A stretch of 64,000 nt of DNA from the human T2T-CHM13v2.0 reference genome, Homo sapiens, in the NCBI RefSeq assembly GCF_009914755.1, contig NC_060928.1; one strand, 5' to 3'. Shown one piece after another: positions 1 through 14,550 of this stretch. Every line of letters begins with the position of its first letter. The first letter of the stretch is position 1. The position numbers and the translations under genes are program-made. Under the pieces are notes generated by a model, which saw only the letters and a program-made list of their open reading frames with translations, was not told the origin of the DNA and searched no databases.

Positions 1-1755
1 TCCAAAATATAATTTTTTATTAAGAAATTGATAAGTAATCATTATTATTATTATCATTATTATTATTATTATGCCACACAGGAAACTTGAGTTTGCTGAT
101 GTTTTTCTCCTTTTACAAAAGAAAGGGTTGGGGGAACCATATTGCTAACTTTAACTGTTGTCTAGTTGCCAGATATATCTCTAACAGTCATTCAATGTCT
201 TATATGGAGGAAATGACCTAAGGCAATATATCACTTACAATTTTATACTGCATTAGCAGCAACTAATATAGCTGTCTAAAAATAATTATTTTAACAGATG
301 AGAGATATTGCCTCATACATAGTCTTATAACCTAGACTCATAGAAATTAGGACTCTGATTGTCTACTGTGAGGTTTAACACTATATTTGAAGTATGTTTA
401 GTTTCTCCAGTAAAAGTATTCTAAGCAAGGTCTTTATTTAATATACTATTCCAAAATATGTTCTAACACTTCTATTTAATAGAAAATCAGCAAATGTATT
501 ATTTTTAGGTAAAATAATGCATCAGTAAAATAAGTCAATGTCAAAAATTTTGCTTTATTATTATGCAAAGTAACAGAGTACAAAGAAAACAAGTTTTCTA
601 CTCATAACAAAGAAGATACACAGGTAAAATTTACCAAACAGAAATCCAACAATCTAAATAAAACAAAATTTAAACTCAAAATTTTGTTCTTAAAAAGAGT
701 TAGAACTAAATTCATAAACTATAATTTCCTTAGGTTTCAATAGAGTACTGTTAAGACTCAATAAATCTTTTAAAAGACAAGGAATCTATTTTTTACCAGA
801 CTTTCTTAGCCGTTGGCTTTGTCAGCAACAGTGTTTGCAGCCATTAAAACAGTGAATCGCCAAGAGAATAAGTTTAGAAGAAGAGTAAATCATTATGTAA
901 TACCATATATATAGTTGAGATAACTGGGGAGAAGTTGAAGGCAAACATAAAAACAGGTAAAAAGAAGAAAAAGACTAATATATAGGATCAGTGATCAGGA
1001 AACATTTTTGAACACCTGAATCACACTGACTGGCTCTATCTTTTTCTTCCCTCTTCTTCCAAAAGTACAAGAAAAATAATGATTTGAGTTTCCAACGGAT
1101 CTTTCTATAGTTTGGAAAGTATGTTGCCTTGATTACAATGTGAAATTACAATTAAGAATATTTGGCTTGCTGAAAACCTATTGTGGGTTTCTGGAGGAGG
1201 CATCATTTTTTTCGCCTACTTTTCTATGTTGCTAAATAGGTTTTTACTGCAGGGATCATTGCAGAAAGCCTGGAAACACCAGAATCTCTAACATGCTGAA
1301 AGCATTGTGTTGATCATGTAAGAATCTGGAAAAATAATTTTTTCTTGGTTTGCAGTTATTTTTTACAGTGTAGGCTTAAATCCATTTGAGCTGGCTAAAT
1401 ATACTGGAAAATGAATAACTCTTTGATGTTGTGGTTAAAATTTTTGGAAGAAAATGCCTAAACAGAACCTATAAAAATTCAGAAAAATGGAAATTTCAAA
1501 CTGGCTATTTATTCATATTAAATTAACTAAAAGCAGCAGCATTTTGAAATAAATATTCGTATCTTTTCCAAGTAACTAAAAGAAAGCTGACCATGTATAC
1601 AGTTCTGGTCCCTAATCCCATCTTTAAGGGTCATCAAAAATGTTGTCACAAATATCTGAATGCTATTCTCTAGACTATTTTTATTTTGGACTTTAAGTTT
1701 GTAGAATTAGATCACATAGTTCTTCATTAATTACACAATGTCATCGGAATCCATG

Positions 1756-4700
1756 TGTAGCAATCACTGCAGGCACCCCACTTATATCCCTCAACACCTA
1801 CCATTGTAGTTTTTGTAAATGGCTTGCCTCTGAAAGCATCAGTTACTCTCTGCATGATGGTATTCTCTAGCTACAGGAGCATGTAACTAAGACAGTTGGT
1901 ACTGGATGTAAGGCTTCAGGAAGTAGATGGGATGGAATTCTAGAATTGTATCAATCATCAGCCATATTCAACAAGGATAGTTTTCCTGAGGATTACTGGG
2001 GTGATAACAACCCTTGGGAGCTGCAGCTTCTTAATTACTAAGACTTACTAAGACTTCCATTTGTGTTCGATTTGGATAGGATGCTGATGGAAGGGAATGC
2101 ACTGTATTACTCAAGTAGCTCTAGCTGTTGAAAAAAATATGGAGGCAATTATATTTAGAAGGATTGAGTATAAACTGGCTATTGTTAGCTGCTATAGTAG
2201 AAGAAAAATGTAGGCTCAGATGAGTCAAATATCAATTCAGGGGACAGCATAAAAGCCAGAAGTTCTTTATGAAAGGATTTAAAAAGAATTTGTAGTAGAA
2301 GGGTAGACTCTACTGAAACTCAGGCTGAAGATTTGATTGTAATAGTAGCAGACTTACAAAAGAAACTACAATCACGGCCCCAGATTTACAAGCCCAGGTC
2401 CTGTGGGAAATAATAGTATCCTGAGACCAGAATGGATATTAGAGTGCAAACACTTGACAATATTGAGCGTCCAGGTCCCTCTATAAGGAATCTGGTCTAG
2501 GAAAATAGGTCTTACTTTTGCAAGAAAATAGCACATGCTTGATCTCCTCAATGTCTGCCAGCTCCCCCACTTCCTGCTTCAAGACAAATAGCTAAGTTCA
2601 GTTATCAACATGGTCTTGCTAAGAGAAGAAATAAATTACTCACAAAAAGATCTGCAGATTCTGACTAATATGTACCCACAGGATAGCACATATGGCAATG
2701 GTTATTGAGGGGACTGGAACAAAGATGCAGAATACATTACTGCATAGGGAAAAGTTTAGTGATATAGAGGTACTGTTGTGACTGAGTGTACATTTACAGC
2801 AAGGATTCCTGGAGCTGTCCTAATACACTGGAAGATTGATCTACAAAAACTGGAAACAGTAATTTACAGGAAATTGAGACACTGTAACTGTCTAGGTAGC
2901 ATATTGAGAAACAGGTCAAATAATTCCTAGGATAGGGAATGCTCAAATAGATCAGTTAAGTAAGACCAAAGAATGTATCAGCTGATTATGATCTTTGGGG
3001 GAATCTAAGAGACACACCTTTCACTAAATTAATAAGAAATGTTCTAATGTGGGGTTCTAGCATCTCTGAGACATTCAGGATTGACTGTCTTTTAGAGAGC
3101 AATGTTGATATTAAGAGGTATCACTATCATATTGAGTTCTGTACCGTCACTCACAGATAATAGGATTCTGAAATAACAGAGGCCATGTGGTAACATTTAA
3201 CCATCACAAGTAAGGTTCATGTAATAACTGTGTGGGCAGCAATGATGTAATAGCAAGAAGGTGATCTTGATCCTCAGGGATTTGAGGCAATGGCTAACAC
3301 ACCATGCTGTTCCTAGGGATAACATATATGAATTATCAATGAAAGTATTGTATTACTTGGCTTATATAGCTAAAAATAATCAAAAGCATTTGAGCAGAAG
3401 ACTGGTGGCAGTCAGAAAATCACTGTCCCTAAGAGAGTTTTCAGGCCTGAGCATGGCCTCAGATCCAGAGCCCTATAATAGAAGAGGAGGTAAAAGCCAT
3501 GGCGAGTATATAAAACAGCTGGTCCCTAAACTACCAGATTAGGAAAAGGAGAATACTCAGATCATTTAAAAGACATTGGATATGTATGGGTTGCATGCTG
3601 ACACTGAAACCAGGAGACACAAGACACCATCATGACCTCAGGTAAGAGGTGAGGTGATAAATGGAGTTCTGGCAAAAGTCCATCTTACCCTGGATCCAAT
3701 GGGTCCGTGGAAACACTCCGCAGTCATTTCCCAGTTTCTTGAGTGAATAATTATAATGGAAATAATTAATAGCTGGCATTATCAAGTCAGTTCCCAAACC
3801 TGTGTATTTATAGACATTGTGATAGGAAAGAACAATCAGAGGTGTGTGAAAATGCCTGCCCATGCAACCCCCAGCCAAGATTGTAAATAACATGCAATAT
3901 AGCATCCTGGGTAGAATGGCAGAAATTAGTACCACTTTCAAGACTCCAATAATACAAAGTTAGTTATCTTCATCATATCCCCATTTAATTAATCAGACTA
4001 AGAAAAAATCAGATGTTTCTGTACACCTATTCTATAAATTTAAACAAGTGGTAACCTTAATTGCCACTATAAAGCTGGACATGGTTTCTTTATTTGAATA
4101 ATCAATGTAGCACCTAGTTCTTGATATGAATCTACTTAGTACATGCTTTTTATTTTCAATTGATATTAGAAAGAGAACCAAATGCTGTTTGAATATTCCT
4201 AAGAAGAACAAGAGTATACAGCAATAGCTATGTTAATAAATCTATTAGCCTATGAAGTAAAAGTGGTCTCCTTTACTATCATTACTGTGTAACATTTGGG
4301 AAAGTTGTGTTTTCCATCTGTAAAACTTAGGTTTTTTAATGATTCAAATTCCTGGTTTCCAGTGATGGGAGCAGTACTTCTTCCAGGTAACATAAAAAGG
4401 GTTCTAAACCTAAAACCGTAACTCAGGGCTGGTCAATTTGAGCTCTTCATAAGGTAGATTGGTAAGAAAAGAAAAGATTTACTGTACTGGCATGATTAAC
4501 TGACTATGGTGAAAGGATAGAGTGGTTGCTACATGATGGAAACAGGGAAGAGTCTGATGTAAACTCAGGAAATTAATTGGGGCCCGCCCCTCTTTATGCT
4601 TCCATCCCTGGTGATGGGAATACAAATGGGTAATTATAGTAATCAACCAGAGAGGGGCACAGTATCCAGAGGGCTCAGACACCTCAAGGATGGATTATTT

Positions 4701-5498
4701 CATTAGATGATGAACGTAAACTAGCACAAATGCTGTCCAAAGATGAGTGGACTCCAGAATGCATGATAGAGAACAGAGAATATAGCTATGGATTATAAAC
4801 TCAGAAACAAGCGCAATAGTGATGAATCCAGCTTGTCCTATTCACTGGACTCCAAAATGCATGATAGAGAACAGAGTGTTTATCTATCAATTATAACCTC
4901 AGAAACAAGTGCAACAGTGATGAATCCAGCTGTCCAAATTCAAAATTTGGAAATTTTGACTAATCACAACCTTGAAAAATCAGGGAGAAATGAAGGAATT
5001 TAATGTGTAGCACATGTGTATTTGAGAGATGCAAGAAGTGAACCATAGCAGATGTTACTGCTATCTGACTCATATCTCTCCAATATTCAATGCTCACTGT
5101 TCCTTGGAAGCTGATTGTTTCTCACATCAAGGCCTTATAACTCTTTACCTGAGGGATTTCTCTAGACACATGAGGAAGATTTGCTACATGTGGTGCAGCT
5201 CAAATTTTGAAGTAAATGATATCAAATGCAATCCTCTGCCAATATTGGCTATACACACATTTGGACAGTTTGGAACAATTTTGGGATGTGTTATACTCCA
5301 TGAAATAGACAGTAGGACTAACATACAGCTTTCCATAGAGGTAATCTATTCATGAATATACCAGTTTTAGCTAATTTTTCTTCCCTATCCTACTGTCCCA
5401 TTCCCATGCTGGTGCTTCTTGGGATTACCTCCTAAATAACAATGTCTTTTCAAATCTTACACTCGAGGTCTATTTTGGGGAGAACTCAACTTAAGAAT
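1756..5498 (+). mobile_element. Ancient ERVL-class provirus (LTR16-type LTRs, ERV3-16A3-like internal region), degenerate
   Basis: Short 5' LTR 1756-1894 (TGTAGC...AACTAAGACA) followed by PBS-like GTTGGTAC. Decayed gag/pol-like interior. 3' LTR ~5044-5498 ending GGGGAGAACTCAACTTAAGA. Flanks CCATG/CCATT resemble a 5-bp TSD. Confidence 0.6.
4748..4935. repeat. Diverged tandem duplication, period ~98 bp
   Basis: TGGACTCCA(G/A)AATGCATGATAGAGAACAGAG...GATGAATCCAGC starts at both 4748 and 4846. Confidence 0.9.
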
Positions 5499-5789
5499 CC
5501 ATTTGTACCCTATTTTATTTTTATTCTATCAATATAATTAACATCCGTAAGCACACCACCCAGAAACTCCAGCCTGGTAAAATCTTAGAATAACCTCTGA
5601 AAGGTACAGCTAATGTGACACTTTGGAAATGATGCTCTACTTGAAAAAAAAAACAGTGATAATAACTGAAAATAACTTCTTCTACCAACGCAAACTTTTA
5701 CTTCTCCATGTCAGATATAATCCGAATTTGGAATTACCATTTATTTAATTTAAAAAATGTTTTACCTTATATTTAATGCCTACCTTTAT

Positions 5790-7720
5790 ATTCAAAGTAT
5801 TTTAAAAGGTACCACATAGATGGACTCTTCCTGGTGTCAATACTATTGTTTTGAGTATTTTTGTTTGTGTTTCCTAGCATACAAATGAAAGAATTTTATT
5901 GAATATATGCCTGGGAATCAATGTCAGTTAAGAGTGAATTTGATTGTTGAGCCTTATAAGTAAGTATTTCTCCAAAGTAATGTTATCAATTTATATTTGC
6001 AAATAGGAATTTATAGGAGATATTGTTTATCCACATTTTTGAGAAAACTTAATGCTGTCATACTCCTTAATTGTGGCCAATCAATGGTGTTAAAGATGGT
6101 TTCTTAACCATGGTATTAATTTGTATTTTCTTGATTTTTTAATAAGTAAGAGTATCTGTTAATACATTAATATGTCATGTGTATCTGTTCTATAAAAGTG
6201 GAAGACAATATATATTATTTACCAATTTTCCCATTGTGTTATCATTTCTTTGTATATTTGCATGAGTTATTTATATATTATTAATACCAATTATTTGTAG
6301 ATTATTTCAAACATATTTTCCCAGTTTGTAGATTCATTTTCATTTACTACAATTTATATTTTGAAGAAGAGCTATTGTTATTTACTAGCTTTAACATTAT
6401 TATTAAATTTTATTTTAATAAACTCAAGTAGAAAATATTAGGTTTTTAAAAAAAAATTCCTACGATGCCCCAGTAAACAGAACAGTGTTGTTTATTAGGC
6501 ATTTTACTAATTTGTTTCACGTTTAAACATAGATATTTTAGTCCTTCATCTATTTATATTTAAATCTTATGTGTAATATAATGTGGCATTCCAATTTTAT
6601 TTTCTTCCATCTCTACAAATATTTTCACCTTTATTTTAAATAGTTTGTTTTATACCAAGTCATGTCACCTGCACCACACATTTTAGTTCAACATACGTGA
6701 AGGTCTTTATCTGGTCAATGCATTCTATTGCTCTGGTCATTTTTTATATATCCATATCAGTACTATACTATTATTATTATTATTATTACAAAATACATAT
6801 TGATATTTGGCAAAAATCTCTAACCTTATTCTTATTCAAAAGGATAGTTATTGCTATACTCTTTTATATAAGATTCATAATTAGCTTGCAAATTTCCACA
6901 GAAAATATTTTGGCATACTTATTTAAATTGAAGGCATTTCTAAATAAATGAAGAATAAGAGAAGAAAACAAAGTGAGATTTAAAACACTTAGAACTAAAA
7001 GAGTATGAAACCATGATACATCAACTCTTGTGGGATGCAACTAAAGCAGATATATTTAGAAAAGAGAAGCTGAGATATTAATAAAATCAGTGGCTAATAT
7101 GAGATGTTAGTTGAAGAAAATGTTGTAGAAAGAGAAGATAATAAAAATGTAATTGCAAATCAATAAAACATATAAATAAGATAAATAAAGCCAAAAGCTT
7201 TTGTTTCTAAAATGTTAAAAAACTGAAAATTTACTTGAAATATTGGTCAAAAATGAAAGTAAAAATGGAGAAAAGTATTATGATTAAGAGTTATATGAGA
7301 CAAGTTAAAAACACAAAATAATAAAACTTGATGACAAGAAAACTAGCAAACCTTTTTTGCTTATATTTCTAAATTATTTACTAGAATGTAAGTTAAAGAA
7401 ACAAAGATCTCAAACAATTATAGATAGGAGTGGATAATAAATCTTTTTTTCTGTTCCCCAAATTTAAATGTTGACAAATGCTTTATGAGCATTGATAGAG
7501 TTGATCATAAGACTTTTCTTATATATGTATCGATATAATAAACTTTGGAATAACTTTTCTAAAATTGAACCATCTTTGCATTCCCAGAGTAAACTCATGT
7601 TGGAAATGGTGTATGTTTCAATTCATTGTTTAATTATTTTGCAAATGTTTTATTTAAGATCTTTGCATCAACATTAATAAAGCTATGCTTGACTGTAGTG
7701 TTTTTTTTTTCTTGAATTCT
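5790..7720. mobile_element. Old mammalian L1 (L1M/L1ME-type) fragments in mixed orientation
   Basis: Degenerate L1 ORF2/3' motifs, e.g. TTGTGGGATGCAACTAAAGCAG (+) and TTGAACCATCTTTGCATTCC (-). Confidence 0.55.
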
Positions 7721-7726
7721 TTCAAG

Positions 7727-9723
7727 CTTGCCATCAGTGGAATATTCCCCAGTGTCCGTTACTGGCTACACCTGTTTGCAGCATAGCCTGAACTGCCCTG
7801 CTGGAGCACTTTCGCCCACAACTCTCCCACTGCCCCACCAGAATGCTGTTGCCAGTGGCCACTGCCAGAGTTCTTTCACTGGCAGCCCCCACCATCCTGC
7901 CAGAGCACTTTTGCGGACAGGCCCCTGCCAGAGCACTTTGGCCCGCAGCCTTCCAAAGACCCTGTTGGAGTGTATTCACCTGCCCCATGGAGCACTCTTG
8001 CCAGTGTCTCCTGATGGAGCACTATTTCCAGCAGACAGAAAGCACCTCAGCCCTTGTCCTTCAGCACAGCCAGTGCTCAATCTTGAGGGGTCAGAGAACA
8101 AAGCTGTGGGCCCACTACTAAGCCCTAGTGTTAGAGTACACAGCCCAGGAGTACCGAGCTGAGCCTCAGCCCCCTGTAAGCATCCAGAAATGAAGCCAAT
8201 TAAGTAAACATAAATTATACTCCAGTCAAATCCTCAAGGGCAATAAAGAACATAAAATCTAAAAGCCCCATCCAAAGGACAGCAACTTCCAAAAAATTGA
8301 GGAGGAGGGACTTAAAACTATACTATAAGGCTACAAGTAACCAAAACACCATGGTCTTGGTACACACACACCAATGTAACAGGATGGAGAACACAGACAT
8401 AATGCTGCATACCTACAACCACTTGATTTTTGACAAAGTTAACAGAAAACAAGCAATAGAAATAAGGACTCCATATTTAAAATATGATACTGTGACAACT
8501 GGATGGCCATATGCAGAAGAATGAAACTAGACCCCTATATTTCACTGTATATCAAAATTAACTCAAGATGGGTTAAAGATTTAATGTAAAACTTCAAACT
8601 AAAAAATGCCAGAAGAAAATCTACCATATGCCCTTCTTGACAGCGGCCTTGGTGAAGAATTTCTGGCTAAATTTCCAAAAGCAAAATGCTATAAAAACAA
8701 AAATCGACAAGTGAAACCTAACTAAAGAGCTTCTGCACAGCCAGATAAACTATCAACAGAATAAACAGATGACCTACAAAGTGGGAGTACATATTTGCAC
8801 ACTATGCTTCTGAGAGAGGTTTTATATCCAGAGTCTACAAGGAACTTAAACAAAGCAACAAGCGAAAACCAAATAACCTCATTAAAAAATAGGAAAAGAA
8901 TATGAACAGACACTTCTCAAAAGAAACATGTAAGTAGCCAACAAACATAAAAAAGATCCGTATTACTAAGCATCAGAGAAATGAAAATCTAAACTACACA
9001 GAGATACCATTTCACACCATTCAGAATAGCTACTATTAAAAAGTCAAAAAATAATAGATGCTGGTGAGGCTGCAGAGAAAAGGGAATGCTTATACGCTGT
9101 TGGTGGGTATGTAAGTTAGTTTAGACATTGTGGAAAGTAGTTTGGAGACTTCTCAAAGAACTTTTAAAACAGCTACCATTTGACACAGCAATTCTATTAT
9201 TGGGTATATATTCAAAGGAAAAAAAAATTCTCCCAAAAAGACATGCAGTCCTATGTTCATCATAGTGCTACTCACAATAGCAAAAACATGGAATCAACCT
9301 AGGCCTCCATCAACTGTGGACTGGATAAAGAAAATAGGGTACATATATACCATGGAATCCTATTCAGTCATAAAAATAAAGAAATCATGTCCTTTGCAGC
9401 AACATGGATGGAGATGGAGGCCATTTTCCTAAGAGATTTAATGCAGGAGCATAAAACCAAACACTGAATGTTCTTACTTTTAAGTTGAAGCTAAATGCCC
9501 AGTACATATGGACATAAAGAAGAAAACAGTAGACACAGGTGACTACTAGAGTCAGAGGGTAGTGGGGCATGGGATGATCCCATAACCCAGGTAGTGAGCA
9601 CATTATCCCTGGACAGTTTGTTATCCCCAAACCTAGCATCACATAATATGCCCATGTAACAAACCTGCGCATGTACACCCTGAATCTAAAATAAGCTTGA
9701 AATTGCAAAAAAAAAAAAAAAAA
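7727..9723 (+). mobile_element. L1PA15/16-like LINE-1: 5'UTR fragment joined to the ORF2 3' part, 3'UTR and poly(A)
   Basis: GC-rich 5'UTR with CCAGAGCACTT subrepeats; ORF2 C-terminal peptide YNHLIFDK; 3' end GTAACAAACCTGCGCATGTACACCCTGAATCTAAAATAA followed by an A-tail. Confidence 0.8.
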
Positions 9724-10084
9724 GTCACTGCCCCCATTACCCCATTTACCGCTGAGAATCGGCTGCTGTTTCTAATATGATTTTTTTTTTTCTGAAATAG
9801 CCGTGTAGCTAGCTAAAGCTTTTTATTGATGAGATATTATTAATCTTTCTTGTTTTATTAGTATTCTGAATCTAGAAATAAGAAAAAATGTCATCAGAAA
9901 AAGGGGCACTGAGATAAAAGCCTAGTATTCACTACATGTTTTTACCCATTTTTCCAAAGTTTTATTTGTAGATGTCCATTGAGGTAGGGAGAGTGGGAAC
10001 TTTTTGAATTTATGGTTATTACATAGATTGTAAAAATTACTATCTGACTGTAAGACAATCTTGTATCACCTCCCAAAGTATCAT

Positions 10085-10290
10085 GGGCTTTTGGGAAACT
10101 GCGCTCTACCACTTACTGTAACTTTGGGTAAATTATGTAGTGCATCTTCATTTTATTGTTCTCACTTAAAATAGGGATACTACTAATACAACTCAAATAT
10201 AGTAATTAAGATTAAGTAAGAAAATACTTGCTAGATGCTTAATATAGATCTTGCCATATACTATGCACTCAGAAAATGTTAATTATATAT
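10085..10290 (+). mobile_element. MIR SINE
   Basis: CTCTACCACTTACTGTAACTTTGGGTAAATTA...AAAATAGGGATACTACTAAT...GATTAAGTAAG, similar to the MIR core. Confidence 0.65.
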
Positions 10291-12732
10291 GTAAACATAT
10301 AACATATGTAATATATGATATATAAATGTTAATTAGTAATCTCATCACTATTATCATTTGTCTTTTTATAATGCATAGGTCATAAACCTGGATCCTTGGC
10401 TTTGACTTAGCTGTTGTCAGCTGACATGGGCTTTCCCAGTAAATTTCTAAGAGGTGTTCTCTGAAAGTATTTCTCCAATTTAGCAGAGCCTCATAAAATG
10501 AAGGTCACTTGTATAGAAATTATTTATTTTACAGCTAACAAAATGGATGGTACTTTCTGGAATTCATACTACCGTCTTTGTAGGCATGGGATCCCCATAG
10601 TAAACAAATAAACTACCCACACATGTACATATACAAGCTAAGAAAAGTGGACCTCCCATCCCTTATAATTGTTCTCTTTTATTTTCACTTTAGATAAATG
10701 GAGATCAGATTGAAAGAAGGTACTTGAGGACAATGAGAGAAAATCTGGATTATTGTATGATGTGCTTCACTTTCAGTCTGCAAATTTGTATAGTTATTAT
10801 CATAAAAACACATGCTTTAAGGAAGGCAAATGCTAGATTAGAAATATCTTAGATGACATATTATATTTTGTGTATCATTTTCCAACCTACAAATTGTTAT
10901 AATTTTCTTTTATAACTACCTTATCTACTAGGTAATCTCTTCTAAGAAAACAATGGCAGTAAAAGTATTACTATATCCTACGTATCTTCTACTTGAAGTG
11001 TACTAGTGATCAGATTCTAGTCCACAATATTTTAGCTCTCCAGAAGTATGACAGTCACAATCATGAATTTTAGTACAGGTTATAAAGAGATACGATGTAA
11101 ACTTCTCACTCAAAAATTGTTTCTTAGCAATATATATCTTTGGTGCAAGCACTTAAATAACACTTTCCCATGCCAGTTGTAACCTTCTCTTGGGGGTTCA
11201 GGGTCAAGTACTGAAATCTGTGGTGATAAAAGCTTAATTCCTATTACTCTGTGAAAGGCTACTGTCATCAATTACATTTTAAACTTGCTGTTAACCCTAA
11301 ATAAACTGAATTGTGCATCCAGAAAGAAATATGGTTCAATGTCAAATTTATTTGTTTAACCAACTCAAACTCACAAGAACATTTTTAGCTTTGGCTATAT
11401 AAAATCCAGATAAGGAAAAACACTATCAATAATAGGTTATAGAATTACATCACTTACATCAAATAGGACCATAAAAATTTATATATATTATATTCAGGAG
11501 TGAAGCAATTCAGACTGACTACACTTTAGTGCTCTGAAAGTGTGACATATTTTTCTTATAACTAAAGGTAGGATTCCTTTTTCATTCTGTCTTTTGTTTT
11601 GATTTGGTTTGGTGTTTTGTATGATCCCATTTCTAATACAAATTTCTACATCATCAAGGGTCTCAGGATTCCACAGACAACATATGCTGTTGAAAGCACT
11701 GACAATTTAGAAGCCCTCTCCACACCCCTTGAACTCACTCCAAAGACTAGAAGCCTAGATAATAAATCACTAGGAGAAAAGCAGTATTTTGCAGTTTTGG
11801 AGTTGATTATAACCAAGTATTTGAACATTTTTAATACAATTTATGTAAATTAGGGCCAAGTTTTAGAGACAGTTATTGACAGAAGTTAGTTACGACAAAT
11901 TCAATTACTTTCTTTCTGGTACTTTTAACTTACTCTTGTTCTGATATCATCATTACTCAAAAGCCACTGTTTCTTAACTCCATGATTAGGACTTAAATCA
12001 ACATGTTTCCATGATGTCTTACTGTGTTTTCTTCGTTCATCAATATTACTCACATCTATCTTACAAAATGGAAAGAAAAGAAAATGCCATTAGAAATGGT
12101 TCATACATATAAATAGATGCTCAAAAAACTCACCATATTTATTTTATGAATGTTAATATTTTATAGCATAAATTACTAATAGGCTAAAAATTTAACATGA
12201 ATTTTACACCACCCCACCTCTCACTAATCTTGGGGAAACAGAGGCTATTCATTAGATACGTGTTCTAGCTGACTTTCAAAATATTTCAATCTGTAGAGAA
12301 CTTTTAAAGAGAAGTACATTTTTCTCACTAATCAATTTGTTAATATGAATATCTCGATTTTTGGTATTAAGCCAGCTTTTTGAAAATGCTTTTAACTAAT
12401 CTATCAAGACTACACTAGTACCTAAATTTGAAATTTATTATTTATTGCTCAACAGCTTTCATCTATTTGGAAATCAGCCCACAGGAACACTCCTTAAAAG
12501 AAGAAGGATAATGAGTAAGTAGAGACTTTTTTGAATTTGTAATTTCTGGCATATCATTTGAAAGATTGATTCTATAAAGGCTCCATGATGCCAAGATATA
12601 ATATTCAAAGTTAGTGAAGCACAGCTGAGTATCATAACCTGGAATTAGCTCTTAATCTGTGTGTCAAGTTCTTTGTTTTTGTTTTGTTACATAGCAAATA
12701 TGCATACTGTTAAACTGATACCTGTCCACTAG

Positions 12733-13241
<509 letters not shown>

Positions 13242-13615
13242 CAATGCATTATTTTCAATAGTCCTCTTTTATTTAGTGTTGTGTTAAACCAATTATCAAA
13301 ATTTGGTAATTAGAGGTATAACAAAAACATGCAAAAAATTGAAAACCATTATCCTAAAGCTACAAATGAGAAAAAAAATTTCCCACTTGTGTTTATTGAC
13401 TTCCCTAACCATTAAAATAATCATAAATATATATTTCTAAGTGTAATCTGGGCATTACACAGGAGTAATAATTTAGCATACTAACTATATAAGGCAGTTT
13501 GGAGGTTGTATAGTTTTACTTATTTATATGCTACAAAATGAAACAAAATATATTTCAAAAATATGTGTCCTGGTTGTTCTGGTTATTTGTATCTTTACTA
13601 AAAACCAAACTTTGA

Positions 13616-13908
13616 GGCCGGGTGCCGTGGCTCACGCCTGTAATCCAAGCACTTTGGGAGGCTCAAGCGGGCAGATCATGAGATCAAGATCATCCTGGCT
13701 AACACGGTGAAACCTCATCTCTACTAAAAATACAAAAAAATTATCTGGGCGTGGTGGTGGGCGCCTATAGACCAGTCACTCAGGAGGCTGAGGCAGGAGA
13801 ATGGTGTGAACCAGAAGGTAGAGCTTGTAGTGAGCGGAGATGGCGCCACTGCACTCCAGCCTGGGCGACAGAGTGAGACTCCGTCTCAAAAACAAACAAA
13901 CAAAAAAA
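13616..13908 (+). mobile_element. AluY-like
   Basis: GGCCGGGTGCCGTGGCTCACGCC start; AluY-type ATCCTGGCTAACACGGTG and AATGGTGTGAACC; TSD CAAACTTTGA. Confidence 0.92.
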
Positions 13909-14405
13909 CAAACTTTGAAACAATATATATTTGAATTAGTATGTGATATTGCTTATTAGTTGTATCTCTGTAACTTTTCTCCCCATCGCCTAAAATTCAC
14001 TCCATACCAGTTATAATCAAATTGATTTTAATAAAAAAAATTATTCTCTCATTGAATATATCTTTCTCTATACAAAAGAATATGATGTCACAAGCTGGTG
14101 AGTCAGGGAAAAATTGATGATTATAGATTCTTATTAGGATATAAAATTGCAATAACGGGAAAAAATGCAAATCACTTTCTGTCATTTCCTAATATTATAG
14201 ATTATTTCTTAAGTTTTATAAAATGTAAATGTCTTGAAAAATAAAGTTCAGTCAGCCAGAAAACTTACACATCGCTTTCTAAAGTAGATCCTGAGGCCAA
14301 GGTCTTAAGCCTGCTCTCAGGGGCACAGACAGGCGTATATCCCCAGGTCTCTATGAGCAGAACTGCTCTCAAACCACTCCTGACACATGGTTGGTGATGG
14401 TTGTG

Positions 14406-14465
14406 TTAACTAATATCATTGTGGTTATCATTACCACGATGTGGATCCACAATGATATTAGCTAA
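14406..14465. repeat. Short inverted repeat (15-bp perfect arms, 22-nt loop)
   Basis: CTAATATCATTGTGG at 14410-14424 and CCACAATGATATTAG at 14447-14461. Confidence 0.9.
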
Positions 14466-14466
14466 T

Positions 14467-14550
14467 TAATATATATATATATGTGTGTGTGTGTGTGTTT
14501 ACATATATGTGTGTCTATATGTGTGTGTGTGTATATATATATGTATATGT
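14467..14550. repeat. Compound (TA)n/(TG)n microsatellite
   Basis: Visible TA and TG runs. Confidence 0.9.

Noticed and set aside
1253-1317. Possible 65-bp exon (TTTTACTGCAG ... GTAAGA)
   Set aside because: Such splice-like motifs occur often by chance in AT-rich DNA, and there is no recognisable coding content.
7728-8162. 144-aa Pro-rich ORF
   Set aside because: A chance ORF in a GC-rich L1 5'UTR fragment, with a non-ATG start.
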